DNA of 64,000 nucleotides from an uncultured Rhodospirillales bacterium (GTDB lineage: Bacteria; Pseudomonadota; Alphaproteobacteria; Reyranellales; Reyranellaceae). Positions 18,263 to 26,382 of this stretch are shown in pieces. The stretch lies in the NCBI GenBank assembly GCA_945957125.1, contig CAMFJT010000003.1, forward strand, positions 8,990 through 72,989, given 5' to 3'. A program made the translations under genes and the position numbers. Every line of letters begins with the position of its first letter. Position 1 is the first letter of the stretch. The notes under the pieces are model-generated. The model did not search any database. It was not told the DNA's origin and was given only the letters and a program-made list of their open reading frames with translations.

Positions 18263-20340
18263 GGCTCGGCCAGCCGCGTCAGCATCACCGCAGCCACCGG
18301 ATCGTCGGGGAACTCCGACAGCACGGCCTGGTAGCGCTCGAGCGCGAGGTCCTTGTCGCGGCGGAGCATCGCCTCGTGCGCAAGGCGCGTCAGCGCGGCG
18401 AGATGGAGCACCCGCGGGCTCGGCTCCAGCTCCTCGCCGGCACCGTAGGCGCCGAGCAGCTCGTAGATCGGGATCAGGCCGCGGCGCCCTTTGACCGCAA
18501 CTTCGTCGATCGGCCGCACGCAGAGCCGGTCGCCCGCCTCCTTGAAGACGGCATGGCTGATACAGATCCGGGTGCGGAACTCCTTGTTGATGCCCTCCAG
18601 CCGTGCCGCGATGTTCACGCCGTCGCCCATCACGGTGTAGCTCATGCGTTCCAGCGAGCCGATGTTGCCCACCAGCACGGCGTCGGAGTGGATGCCGATG
18701 CGCACCCTGAGCGGCCGCGCTCCTTCCTCCCGCCACGACTCGTTCAGCTCGTCCATACCGCGCTGTATCCGCAGGGCCGCGACGCAGGCGCGCCAGGCAT
18801 GGTCCTCGAGCAGGCCGGGCGCGCCCCAGAAGGCCATCACCCCGTCGCCGATGAACTTGTCGATCGTGCCGTGCTCGCCGTTGACCGACCGCGTGACCAG
18901 CTCGAGGTGGCGCGAGACGCGCAGCAGCAGCGTCTGGGTCGGCAGCTCCTCCGACAGCGTCGAGAAGCCTTCGAGATCGGAGAAGAAGATGGTGAGGAAC
19001 CGGCTGTGGCCGCCGAGCTCCATCTTTCGGTCGGTGGCGATCAGATCCTGGACCAGCCCGACCGGCACGAACGCGGCGAACGACTTCACGGCGGCGTCGA
19101 GCGTGTCGATCGCACGCGACAGCACGGCGATCTCGCGGACCTGGCTGCGCACGACCGGCAGCGGTTCGGGATGCAGCTCCTGGATCCGCGCGACCTTTGC
19201 CGCCAGCCGCTCGAGCGGGGCGGATATCGTGCCGGCCATGACGTAGATGATGACCAGCGCCAGCAGCGTCGCCGCCAGGCCGAGAGCCAGCAGGTACTCG
19301 TTGTTGCGATCGAAGGACCCGGTGAAGTCGGCGATCGGCGTGATGACGAAGAGCTGCCACTTCTTGCCGAAGTCGGGCGGCAGCGTGCTGAGGCTGGCGA
19401 GATATTCGCGGCCGCGATGATGGAAAGCGTAGAGCGTCTGGCCACCGCCGCGCGGATGGGCGCTGTAGGCGATCGCCGGCAGCTCGTTCTCGAGCTGGCT
19501 GATGTGCTGCAGATCGACCCGGCCCCTGTCGCTGGTATAGGTCTTGGACAGATCGGACGCGGCCAGCACGCGGCCCTGCTGGTCGAGGACGTAGGTCAGC
19601 GCATTGGGGCTGACCCGGTGCTCGGAGATGTACTCGCTGAGACCGTCGAGCGTGAGGTCGGCCGCCACGGCGCCCTGCACCTCGCCGTCCTTCGAGAAGG
19701 ATTGCGCGACGGTGAAGCCGATCAGGCCCAGGGCCGCGAAGACGTCCGGATCGGTGATGAACAGGCTGTTCGACTGCACAGTCTCGCGAAACCACATCCG
19801 GCTGCGCGGATCGTAGGCGGTCCCGCCCTCTGCCACGCCCACTCCGCGCCCCTGGGCGTCGAGAAACAGGTAGTGGTCGATCACGCTCTCCCCCGGCTTC
19901 GGCTCGATCCAGCGAAAGGCGAAGGCGGTTTCCGGCGGCGGCAGCTTGCCGAAGATCGGAACCTTGGGATCGATCCGCCGCGCCTGGCGGAAGGAGCCGT
20001 CGTTCAGGCCGGCATAGACGCTGACGATCTTCGGGCTGTGCTGGAGGATGGCGTAGAAATACTTGATCGAGCGATTGTCGCGAAAGAAATCCGGCTGCTC
20101 GTCGCCGACCACCGCGGCGGCGCGGACCAGCGACTTGATCGGGTCGAAGATCTGGCGAATGCTGTCGATCGCCTCGTCGCTGAAGCGCTCGATCAGCTCC
20201 TTGCCCTGGACGCGCGCGGTGCGGTCATTCGAGACGTAGTTCAGCGCGATGAGCGCGCCGAGCACAGGTACCGTCAGCAGCACGAAAAGAGTCAGGATGC
20301 TGGGCTTCAGCCTCAGGCTTGGCCTGAAAATTCTCGTCAT
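18259..20340 (-). CDS. Membrane sensor: Cache-like periplasmic domain, HAMP, class III adenylate/guanylate cyclase, short helical tail
   Basis: The 693-aa ORF has an N-terminal TM (ILTLFVLLTVPVLGALIALNYV) and about 280 aa of extracytoplasmic region. A second TM (LLALGLAATLLALVIIYVMAG) and a HAMP-like linker follow. The cyclase core is LTIFFSDLEGFSTLSE...IDKFIGDGVMAFWGAP...IGIHSDAVLVGNIGS...YTVMGDGVNIAARL. Confidence 0.88.
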   Translation of the reverse strand: MTRIFRPSLRLKPSILTLFVLLTVPVLGALIALNYVSNDRTARVQGKELIERFSDEAIDSIRQIFDPIKSLVRAAAVVGDEQPDFFRDNRSIKYFYAILQHSPKIVSVYAGLNDGSFRQARRIDPKVPIFGKLPPPETAFAFRWIEPKPGESVIDHYLFLDAQGRGVGVAEGGTAYDPRSRMWFRETVQSNSLFITDPDVFAALGLIGFTVAQSFSKDGEVQGAVAADLTLDGLSEYISEHRVSPNALTYVLDQQGRVLAASDLSKTYTSDRGRVDLQHISQLENELPAIAYSAHPRGGGQTLYAFHHRGREYLASLSTLPPDFGKKWQLFVITPIADFTGSFDRNNEYLLALGLAATLLALVIIYVMAGTISAPLERLAAKVARIQELHPEPLPVVRSQVREIAVLSRAIDTLDAAVKSFAAFVPVGLVQDLIATDRKMELGGHSRFLTIFFSDLEGFSTLSEELPTQTLLLRVSRHLELVTRSVNGEHGTIDKFIGDGVMAFWGAPGLLEDHAWRACVAALRIQRGMDELNESWREEGARPLRVRIGIHSDAVLVGNIGSLERMSYTVMGDGVNIAARLEGINKEFRTRICISHAVFKEAGDRLCVRPIDEVAVKGRRGLIPIYELLGAYGAGEELEPSPRVLHLAALTRLAHEAMLRRDKDLALERYQAVLSEFPDDPVAAVMLTRLAEP

Positions 20341-20385
20341 GCACCCGCATCGCTCCCCAAAGGCGGATGTTACCGCAGGGATGAA

Positions 20386-21846
20386 TCAAGCGTCCAGTGG
20401 CGGGCGCCGCAGGTGCCAGTCGGTCGCCTGCTGGTAGGCATGGCCGGCGGCGAGGATGGAAGCCTCGTCGAAGGCGCGCGAGACGATCTGGAAGCCCACC
20501 GGCATGCCCTCGCCCGTCATGCCACCGGGCAGCGTCAGCGTCGGATGGCCGCTCATGTCGAACGGCGCGGTGTAGCGCAGACGCCTGGCGACCGTTTCCG
20601 GGTCGCGGCCCGCAGCGGCCAACGCCTCGAGCGACCAGACCGACCGCGGCATGACGGGCACCAGGAGCAGGTCGACCGAGGCGAGCAGCCGGTCGAGCGC
20701 GCCCTTGATCGCGGCGCGCCGCGACTGGAGACGGGCCAGATCGGTGCCGGACAGCCGCCGGCCGGTATCGATCAGCCCGGCGAGAACGCCGCCGTACTCT
20801 GCGGCCCGGGCGGGGTACGTCGCCTCGTGCGCGACGGCGCATTCGACGGCACAGAGCGGTCCCCAGTCGAGCGCGGCCCGATCGAAGCCCGCGGGCAGCG
20901 CCACGTCGAGCATGGTCGCCCCCGCCTTGGCTAGGACCTCGACCGCAGAATCGAGCGCCCGCCGGCCGTCGTCATCGAGGCCGGAAAGATCGGCCGGCCG
21001 CGCGATGCGCTTGCCCCTCACGCCCGCCGCAAGCCCCGCGACACAGTCCGGCACAGGCAGCGAAGCGGCAGTCGGATCGCGATCGTCGGCTCCGGCGATG
21101 GCGCCAAGCACGATGGCGCAGTCGAGCGCGCTGCGCGCCATCGGGCCGATATGGTCGAGCGATTCGGCAAGCGGAAAGACACCGGCACGGCTCACCCTGC
21201 CCCATGTCGGTTTCAGGCCGGTCAGCCCGTTCATCGTGGAGGGAAAGCGGATCGAGCCGCCGGTGTCGGACCCGAGCGAGGCGAAACAGAGGCCGGCCGC
21301 CGTGGCGACACCGGAACCCGAGGAGGACACGCCGGTCCAATACGCCTCGTTCCATGGATTGACCGGCGCGGGAATGGAGGGATGGTGCGCCCCGAACGCG
21401 CCTTCGGTCATCTGCAGCTTGCCGAGGACGACGGCACCGGCCGCCCTGAGTCGGGCCACGACGGTGGCATCCTCGGCCGGCACGTTGCCCCGCCGGATCG
21501 CCATGCCGGCCGCGGTGGTGACACCGGCGGTGTCGCAAAGGTCCTTGACCGCGATCGGCACGCCATGCAGCGGACCGCGCGAACGGCCGGCGGCAGTCTC
21601 GGCATCGCGCGCCGCCGCTTCCGCCAGCGCCGCGTCGCGGGTCACGGTCGCATAGCTTTTCAGCTTGGGATCGAGCCGATCGATACGATCGAGGATGGCA
21701 CCGGTGGTCCCCACCGACGTGAGCGACCGCGCCTTGAGGCGCCGCGCAACCTCGTCGAGCGATAGATAGTGAAGTTCGGCCAACGTGCCCCGCTCCCCCG
21801 AGAGAATGGCTGTCGGCATGTTCGCCGCGATCGGCGCGGCGCTCAA
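20386..21846 (-). CDS. Amidase (amidase-signature family)
   Basis: The 486-aa ORF contains PIAVKDL, GVSSSGSGVATAAG and GSDTGGSIRFPS. These form the Ser-cisSer-Lys amidase signature. Confidence 0.9.
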   Translation of the reverse strand: MSAAPIAANMPTAILSGERGTLAELHYLSLDEVARRLKARSLTSVGTTGAILDRIDRLDPKLKSYATVTRDAALAEAAARDAETAAGRSRGPLHGVPIAVKDLCDTAGVTTAAGMAIRRGNVPAEDATVVARLRAAGAVVLGKLQMTEGAFGAHHPSIPAPVNPWNEAYWTGVSSSGSGVATAAGLCFASLGSDTGGSIRFPSTMNGLTGLKPTWGRVSRAGVFPLAESLDHIGPMARSALDCAIVLGAIAGADDRDPTAASLPVPDCVAGLAAGVRGKRIARPADLSGLDDDGRRALDSAVEVLAKAGATMLDVALPAGFDRAALDWGPLCAVECAVAHEATYPARAAEYGGVLAGLIDTGRRLSGTDLARLQSRRAAIKGALDRLLASVDLLLVPVMPRSVWSLEALAAAGRDPETVARRLRYTAPFDMSGHPTLTLPGGMTGEGMPVGFQIVSRAFDEASILAAGHAYQQATDWHLRRPPLDA

Positions 21847-21917
21847 GGGAGGGAAGGTATAAAAGAGAACGGCGGCGTGAGAGCCACACCGCCGTCGTCA
21901 CCCTGCGGCGGAAGCGT

Positions 21918-22124
21918 TCAGTCGCCCGCCTTGAGGTTCACCGCCGCTGAACGTCCCCGCTCCGTGGCGATCTCGTAGCTGATCTTCTGGCCCTCGTTGA
22001 GGCCGTTCATGCCCGAGCGCTCCACCGCGCTGATATGGACGAAAACGTCCTTGCCGCCTTCCTGCGGCTGGATGAACCCGAAGCCCTTGGTTGCATTGAA
22101 CCACTTCACGGTACCGGTCGGCAT
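21918..22124 (-). CDS. cspA: Cold-shock protein (CspA family)
   Basis: The 68-aa ORF reads [34 protein letters not shown] and carries the RNP1/RNP2 motifs. AAGGAGAGGA lies upstream of the ATG. Confidence 0.95.
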   Translation of the reverse strand: MPTGTVKWFNATKGFGFIQPQEGGKDVFVHISAVERSGMNGLNEGQKISYEIATERGRSAAVNLKAGD

Positions 22125-22299
22125 CTGATCCTCTCCTTAGCCTTGTAACTCACGAGCACCCTCAACGCGCAGCCGGTGCGCTCGCTGCATCGACCGCGAC
22201 AACTCTAGGAATTTGGTAAATAGCGCGTTGGGGAGTGTCCGCCGCCACTGTGGGCTGGGCCGCCAAAGCCAAGGCCAAGTTCGTGAAGTCGTAGGGCCG

Positions 22300-22328
22300 C
22301 ATATGAGAACGTAACGCCCGCCCGTCAA
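22300..22328 (-). promoter_or_regulatory. Candidate sigma70-type promoter for cspA, giving a leader of about 180-190 nt
   Basis: On the minus strand, TTGACG (22328-22323) is followed by a 17-nt spacer and CATATG (22305-22300). It sits in the only AT-richer stretch of this region, upstream of cspA. The -10 match is weak. Confidence 0.3.
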
Positions 22329-22351
22329 GTTGGTTGCATAAAAATTTGCAT

Positions 22352-23863
22352 TCACATCGTTGCGCCGATCTTCCACGGCTCGAACTCGTCGTCGCCGATA
22401 CCGAGCACCTCGGATTTCGTCTTCTGGCCGGACGCAGTCCTGACGATCAGATCGAATATCCTCTTTCCGTTCTCCTGGATCGTCTCCTCGCCGTCGACGA
22501 TGGCGCCGCAATTGATGTCCATGTCGTCGGTCATCCGCCGATAGAGCGCGCTGTTCGTGGCAAGCTTGAGCGAGGGCGTGGGCTTGCAGCCGAACACCGA
22601 GCCGCGGCCGGTCGTGAAGCACAGCACGTTGGCGCCGCCCGCGACCTGGCCGGTGGCCGACACCGGATCGTAGCCCGGCGAATCCATGTAGACGAAGCCC
22701 TTGGCGGTGATCGGCTGGGCATATTCGTAGACGTCGACCAGGTTGGTCGTGCCGCCCTTCGCGACCGCTCCGAGGGATTTCTCGAGGATGGTGGTGAGGC
22801 CGCCGGCCTTGTTGCCGGGCGACGGGTTGTTGTTCATTTCGCCGCCGGTGCGGGCGCAATGGTCCTCCCACCACTTGATGCGCCTGACGATCTTCTCGCC
22901 GACCTCGCGGCTCACCGCGCGGCGGGTCAGCAGGTGCTCGGCGCCATAGATCTCCGGCGTCTCGGACAGCACGGCCGAGCCGCCGTGGCGGACCAGCAGA
23001 TCGACTGCGGCGCCGAGCGCGGGGTTGGCCGAGATTCCGGAATAGCCGTCCGATCCGCCGCACTGCAGCGCGAGGATGAGGTCGCTCACCGGCAGCGGCT
23101 CACGGGTCACGGCATTGGCTTGCGGCAGCAGCTCGTTCAGGAAACCGACGGCGCGCATCACCGTCTTCGACACGCCACCTTCATCCTGGATTGCCATGGG
23201 AATGAGCTTGGGCCCTTCCTGAAGGCCTTCGGCGTCCATCAGCCCGGAAATCTGATTGGTCTCGCAGCCCAGCCCGAGCACGACGACGGCGGCCATGTTC
23301 GGATGACGGACATAGCCGGCAAGGGTGCGGCGCAGCACATCCATCTCCAGCCCGGAAGCGGCCATGCCGCAGCCGCCACCGTGGGTCAGGGGCACCACGC
23401 CGTCGATGTTCGGATATTGCGCGAGAAGCGGCTCGATCCTCGCGGCGATCATGCGGCTGGTCGCGGCCGAGCAGTTCACCGTGGTGACGATACCGAGATA
23501 GTTGCGCGTGGCGCTGCGGCCGTCGGCGCGGCGATAGCCCATGAAGGTGGCGGGCGGCACGATGAAATCGGTCGGATGGGCGTCTGTGCAGAAGGCATAG
23601 TCGCGCTCGAAGTCGCCCATCACGCAATTGTGCGTGTGGATATGCGTGCCGATGGGCAGATCGTCGGTCGCGAAGCCGATGATCTGGTTGTACTTGCGCA
23701 GCGGCTCGCCCTTTTTCACCGCGCGCGTCAGGATCTTGTGCCCGGGCGGCACGCGGGTCAGCGCGGCGACCCCGTCCTCGACCGTGGTGTTGGGCAGGAT
23801 ATCCATGCGCGCCACGACGACGTTGTCGTTGGGATGCAGGCGGATGGCGATCGGGGCAGGCAT
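22352..23863 (-). CDS. UxaA-family sugar-acid dehydratase (altronate/galactarate dehydratase-like)
   Basis: The inner ATG at 23863 is preceded by GGAGGA. The product starts MPAPIAIRLHPNDNVVVARMDI (N-terminal SAF domain). It continues with GYRRADGRSATRNYLGIVTTVNCSAT and GLGCETN, typical of GarD/UxaA. Confidence 0.88.
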   Translation of the reverse strand: MPAPIAIRLHPNDNVVVARMDILPNTTVEDGVAALTRVPPGHKILTRAVKKGEPLRKYNQIIGFATDDLPIGTHIHTHNCVMGDFERDYAFCTDAHPTDFIVPPATFMGYRRADGRSATRNYLGIVTTVNCSAATSRMIAARIEPLLAQYPNIDGVVPLTHGGGCGMAASGLEMDVLRRTLAGYVRHPNMAAVVVLGLGCETNQISGLMDAEGLQEGPKLIPMAIQDEGGVSKTVMRAVGFLNELLPQANAVTREPLPVSDLILALQCGGSDGYSGISANPALGAAVDLLVRHGGSAVLSETPEIYGAEHLLTRRAVSREVGEKIVRRIKWWEDHCARTGGEMNNNPSPGNKAGGLTTILEKSLGAVAKGGTTNLVDVYEYAQPITAKGFVYMDSPGYDPVSATGQVAGGANVLCFTTGRGSVFGCKPTPSLKLATNSALYRRMTDDMDINCGAIVDGEETIQENGKRIFDLIVRTASGQKTKSEVLGIGDDEFEPWKIGATM

Positions 23864-23891
23864 GCGGTCCTCCAGTTGCTTCTCGATGTTC

Positions 23892-24788
23892 TCAGGCCGC
23901 GCGCGCGGCGCGGATGCCGTCGACTGCGGCGAAGATCCTGCGACACTCGGCTTCATCGAGCGAGCGCAACGGGGCGCGCATGCGGCTCCATGCCAGCGGG
24001 TCATTGCGGCGGTGGCCGACAAGCGCCTTCACGGCCGCAGTCACCGCGAACGGCAGCACGACCTCGATGATCTCGGCGACCCTGGGCTCCTCGATACCGT
24101 TCACCGGGCGCTGCATCAGATCGGGCGCGATGTTGGCGAGCCCGCAGCTCGTACCGGAGGCGCCGAGATTCATGCCTCTGGCGAGCAGGCGCTCGTCGCC
24201 GATCAGGATATGCAGGTCGCCATGATGCTCCAGCAGCGCGCGGGTGTTGTCCCAGTCGCCCGAGGAATCTTTCACGCCCTTCACCTGATGGGGAAAGGCC
24301 TTCTTCAGCCGATCGACCAGCGCGACAGAGAGCCCGACCGAAGTGACCTGCGGAATATGATAGAGGATGACGTTGCTCGCCTTCGGCCCGAGGCCGGTCA
24401 ATACGGCAGCCAGCCAGTCGAACAAGCCTTCGTCGCCCGGATTCTTGAAGTAGAAGGGAGGCGCCAGCAGGAAGCTCGAACAGCCCAGCATCAATCCGGC
24501 GCGGCCTTGCGCGATCGCATCCTCGACCGAAGCGGCCGCGATTCCGACCACGAGCTGTCGGGCAGGATCGACTCCGGCCCCTACCATCGCGCCCAACGCG
24601 CGATTGCGCTCGTTGAGCCCCAGGGAAGCGCCCTCGCCCGTCGTGCCGAAGACCGTGAGGCTGGCGCAGCCGTCGGCCAGCGACTGCAGCCCATGGGCCA
24701 CGAACCGCGGCAGATCGATCGACCGGTCTTCCGCGAACGGCGTGGCAAGGGCGACGGAAAGACCGAAACGGTCTGCTTTGAGCGGCAC
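23892..24788 (-). CDS. Dihydrodipicolinate-synthase-family protein (2-keto-3-deoxy sugar-acid aldolase/dehydratase-like)
   Basis: The GTG at 24788 is preceded by GGGAGGAAATCGA. The product reads (V)PLKADRFGLSVALATPF...FGTTGEGASL...ILYHIPQVT...VKGVKDSSG (Schiff-base Lys context). The upstream part of ORF 23892..25061 runs through an intergenic repeat and is rejected. Confidence 0.8.
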   Translation of the reverse strand: MPLKADRFGLSVALATPFAEDRSIDLPRFVAHGLQSLADGCASLTVFGTTGEGASLGLNERNRALGAMVGAGVDPARQLVVGIAAASVEDAIAQGRAGLMLGCSSFLLAPPFYFKNPGDEGLFDWLAAVLTGLGPKASNVILYHIPQVTSVGLSVALVDRLKKAFPHQVKGVKDSSGDWDNTRALLEHHGDLHILIGDERLLARGMNLGASGTSCGLANIAPDLMQRPVNGIEEPRVAEIIEVVLPFAVTAAVKALVGHRRNDPLAWSRMRAPLRSLDEAECRRIFAAVDGIRAARAA

Positions 24789-24821
24789 TCGATTTCCTCC
24801 CGGCTGTTTCCGGGAGGATAG

Positions 24822-24852
24822 CAAAAAGAAAGCGGGGCGCCCAAGGCGCCCC
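24822..24852 (-). terminator. Rho-independent terminator downstream of the YXWGXW gene
   Basis: On the minus strand the stem is GGGGCGCC-ttg-GGCGCCCC (24852-24834). It is followed by GCTTTCTTTTTGC, a U-rich tail. Confidence 0.65.
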
Positions 24853-24867
24853 GTTCTCGAACGTTCC

Positions 24868-24897
24868 GCTGGGAGCGCGGCTCTCCAGAGCCGCTCA
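24868..24897. repeat. Solo arm of the palindromic element seen at 8975-9065
   Basis: The sequence gctgggagcgcggctctccagagccgctca is identical to the consensus of the two arms at 8982-9009 and 9033-9060. No inverted partner lies nearby. It abuts the stop codon of the 24895..25344 gene. Confidence 0.6.
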
Positions 24898-25344
24898 GCG
24901 CCGATAGGGATTGTACGGATGGTTGTCGTAGGCATTGGGAATGCCGTCGTGATCGCGGTCGCCCCACGGCCGGTTGTCGGCGCGATGCTCGTAGCGATCG
25001 GGGATGCCGTTGCCATTGCGGTCCCACCGGCCGGCCACGTGGTACCAGCCATTCGCACCATGATCCCAGCGATCGGGGACCCACCGGTAGCCGACGCGCT
25101 CGGGCATCCAGCGGCCGGTCGTCCAGATGTGGCGGCCGCCCTCCCAGCGATAGTAGCCGGGCGCCCAGACGTAGCCCGCGCGCGGCGCAGGAATGACCTC
25201 GTAGACCGGCGCCGGCGGCGGCGTGGCGATGACGATATTCAGACCGGCCTGGGCCGCCGCGGGTGTCAGTACGGCCGGGACGACGAGCGCCGACGTGGAG
25301 ATCGCGGCGGCGGCAAGAGCGATGAAAACGGAATGCCTCGACAT
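24895..25344 (-). CDS. Secreted YXWGXW-repeat protein with two DxDxDG-like (thrombospondin-type-3-like) motifs
   Basis: The 149-aa ORF has a strong RBS (GAGGAGG) and a signal peptide (MSRHSVFIALAAAAISTSALVVPAVLTPAAAQA). Its repeats are GYVWAPGYYRWEGGRHIW, GRWMPERVGYRWVPDRW and GWYHVAGRW. The C-terminus has DRNGNGIPDRYE and DRDHDGIPNAYD. Confidence 0.8.
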   Translation of the reverse strand: MSRHSVFIALAAAAISTSALVVPAVLTPAAAQAGLNIVIATPPPAPVYEVIPAPRAGYVWAPGYYRWEGGRHIWTTGRWMPERVGYRWVPDRWDHGANGWYHVAGRWDRNGNGIPDRYEHRADNRPWGDRDHDGIPNAYDNHPYNPYRR

Positions 25345-25476
25345 GACTGGCCTCCTCTGTGCACGGGCTGGTGACGTCCGTGCTGTGGTGTCAAGGAAGG
25401 TACGTTTGCATCGCCGCCGTCGTGCCCTACGCGATTGGGGAATTTGCGCCGGGTCTGCGCCCGGTTTTCGCCACGG

Positions 25477-26340
25477 TCAGCGCGCGACGAGCAGGACGAT
25501 GACGCCGCCCGCGCACGCCACGACACCGAGCAGCCCCAGCAGCGGCAGACGCTCGCCGCGCAGGAAGATCGGGCTGAGCCCGACGGCGAGCAGCGGGAAC
25601 AGGGCGACCAGCGGCGCGACGAGCGTGATCGAGCCGAGTCCGAGCGCGGCATAGAGCAGGAAAGTCGCCGCGCCGTTGAACACGCCGACCAGCGTGAACC
25701 ACATCACGCCGGTCGGGTCGGCAGGGCCGGTCCGCCACGCCCGGCGTCCGACCAGCGCCAGGATCACGACCGTCGACATCGTGTATCCGATCGCCGCCGC
25801 CGCCAGCGGTTCGTGCCAGAGCGCAAGCGCCGCCTTGATCGCCGGCTGGACGGCGCCGCGCACCAGGGCGGCGGAAAGCGGCAGCGCCAGCACCCAGAGC
25901 GGCCATTGCCGCCCACCGCTGCCGCCACGCAACGCCAGCAGGGCAACGCCGCCGATCACCAGGGCCAGCCCGGCGATCTGGCCAGCGCCCGGCCGCTCAC
26001 CGAGGAAGAGCACCGCACCCAGCACGGCGAACAGCGGCGAGACATTGCCGACGGCCGCGGCGACCGCGGGACCGAGCTTCTCGTTGGAGCGCACCGACAG
26101 GATCGACACCAGCACGGGGAAGATGACGCCGACGCCGGCGAAGATCGCCGCGGCCTCGAGATGGATCTGACGGAAATCGACGAAGACCAGCGCGAACAGC
26201 CAGGCGAGGACCGCCGAGCCGCCGATGCTGTAGAGCGGCGAGCGCCACGACGGGACGGTGCGCAATCCGTACTGGATGAGGATCTGCGCGACGGCGAAGC
26301 ACAGCGCGGCGGCCAGCGCCAAAAGGGCTGCCCCGCTCAT
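25477..26340 (-). CDS. DMT superfamily (EamA-like) transporter
   Basis: The 287-aa ORF has about ten hydrophobic helices with a two-fold internal repeat, the usual EamA pattern. Confidence 0.8.
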   Translation of the reverse strand: MSGAALLALAAALCFAVAQILIQYGLRTVPSWRSPLYSIGGSAVLAWLFALVFVDFRQIHLEAAAIFAGVGVIFPVLVSILSVRSNEKLGPAVAAAVGNVSPLFAVLGAVLFLGERPGAGQIAGLALVIGGVALLALRGGSGGRQWPLWVLALPLSAALVRGAVQPAIKAALALWHEPLAAAAIGYTMSTVVILALVGRRAWRTGPADPTGVMWFTLVGVFNGAATFLLYAALGLGSITLVAPLVALFPLLAVGLSPIFLRGERLPLLGLLGVVACAGGVIVLLVAR

Positions 26341-26382
26341 GGGAATCTGCTATTCCCGCCCGCTTCCGCAACCGAGGATACG

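Noticed and set aside
17564-19795. Very long N-terminal extensions reported by the track for real genes. Examples are 17564..19795 (743 aa), 35330..38032 (900 aa), 45241..46935, 15924..17978, 55178..57265 and 25435..27240.
   Set aside because: Only the C-terminal part matches a protein family in each case. The upstream part runs out of frame through the neighbouring gene. Inner start codons with SD sequences or ATGA coupling give normal-length proteins.
18376-20934. An 852-aa + strand ORF, the second-longest in the track.
   Set aside because: It lies antisense to the Cache-HAMP-cyclase and to part of the amidase. The composition is low-complexity (RDQ/ALG-rich) with no motifs.
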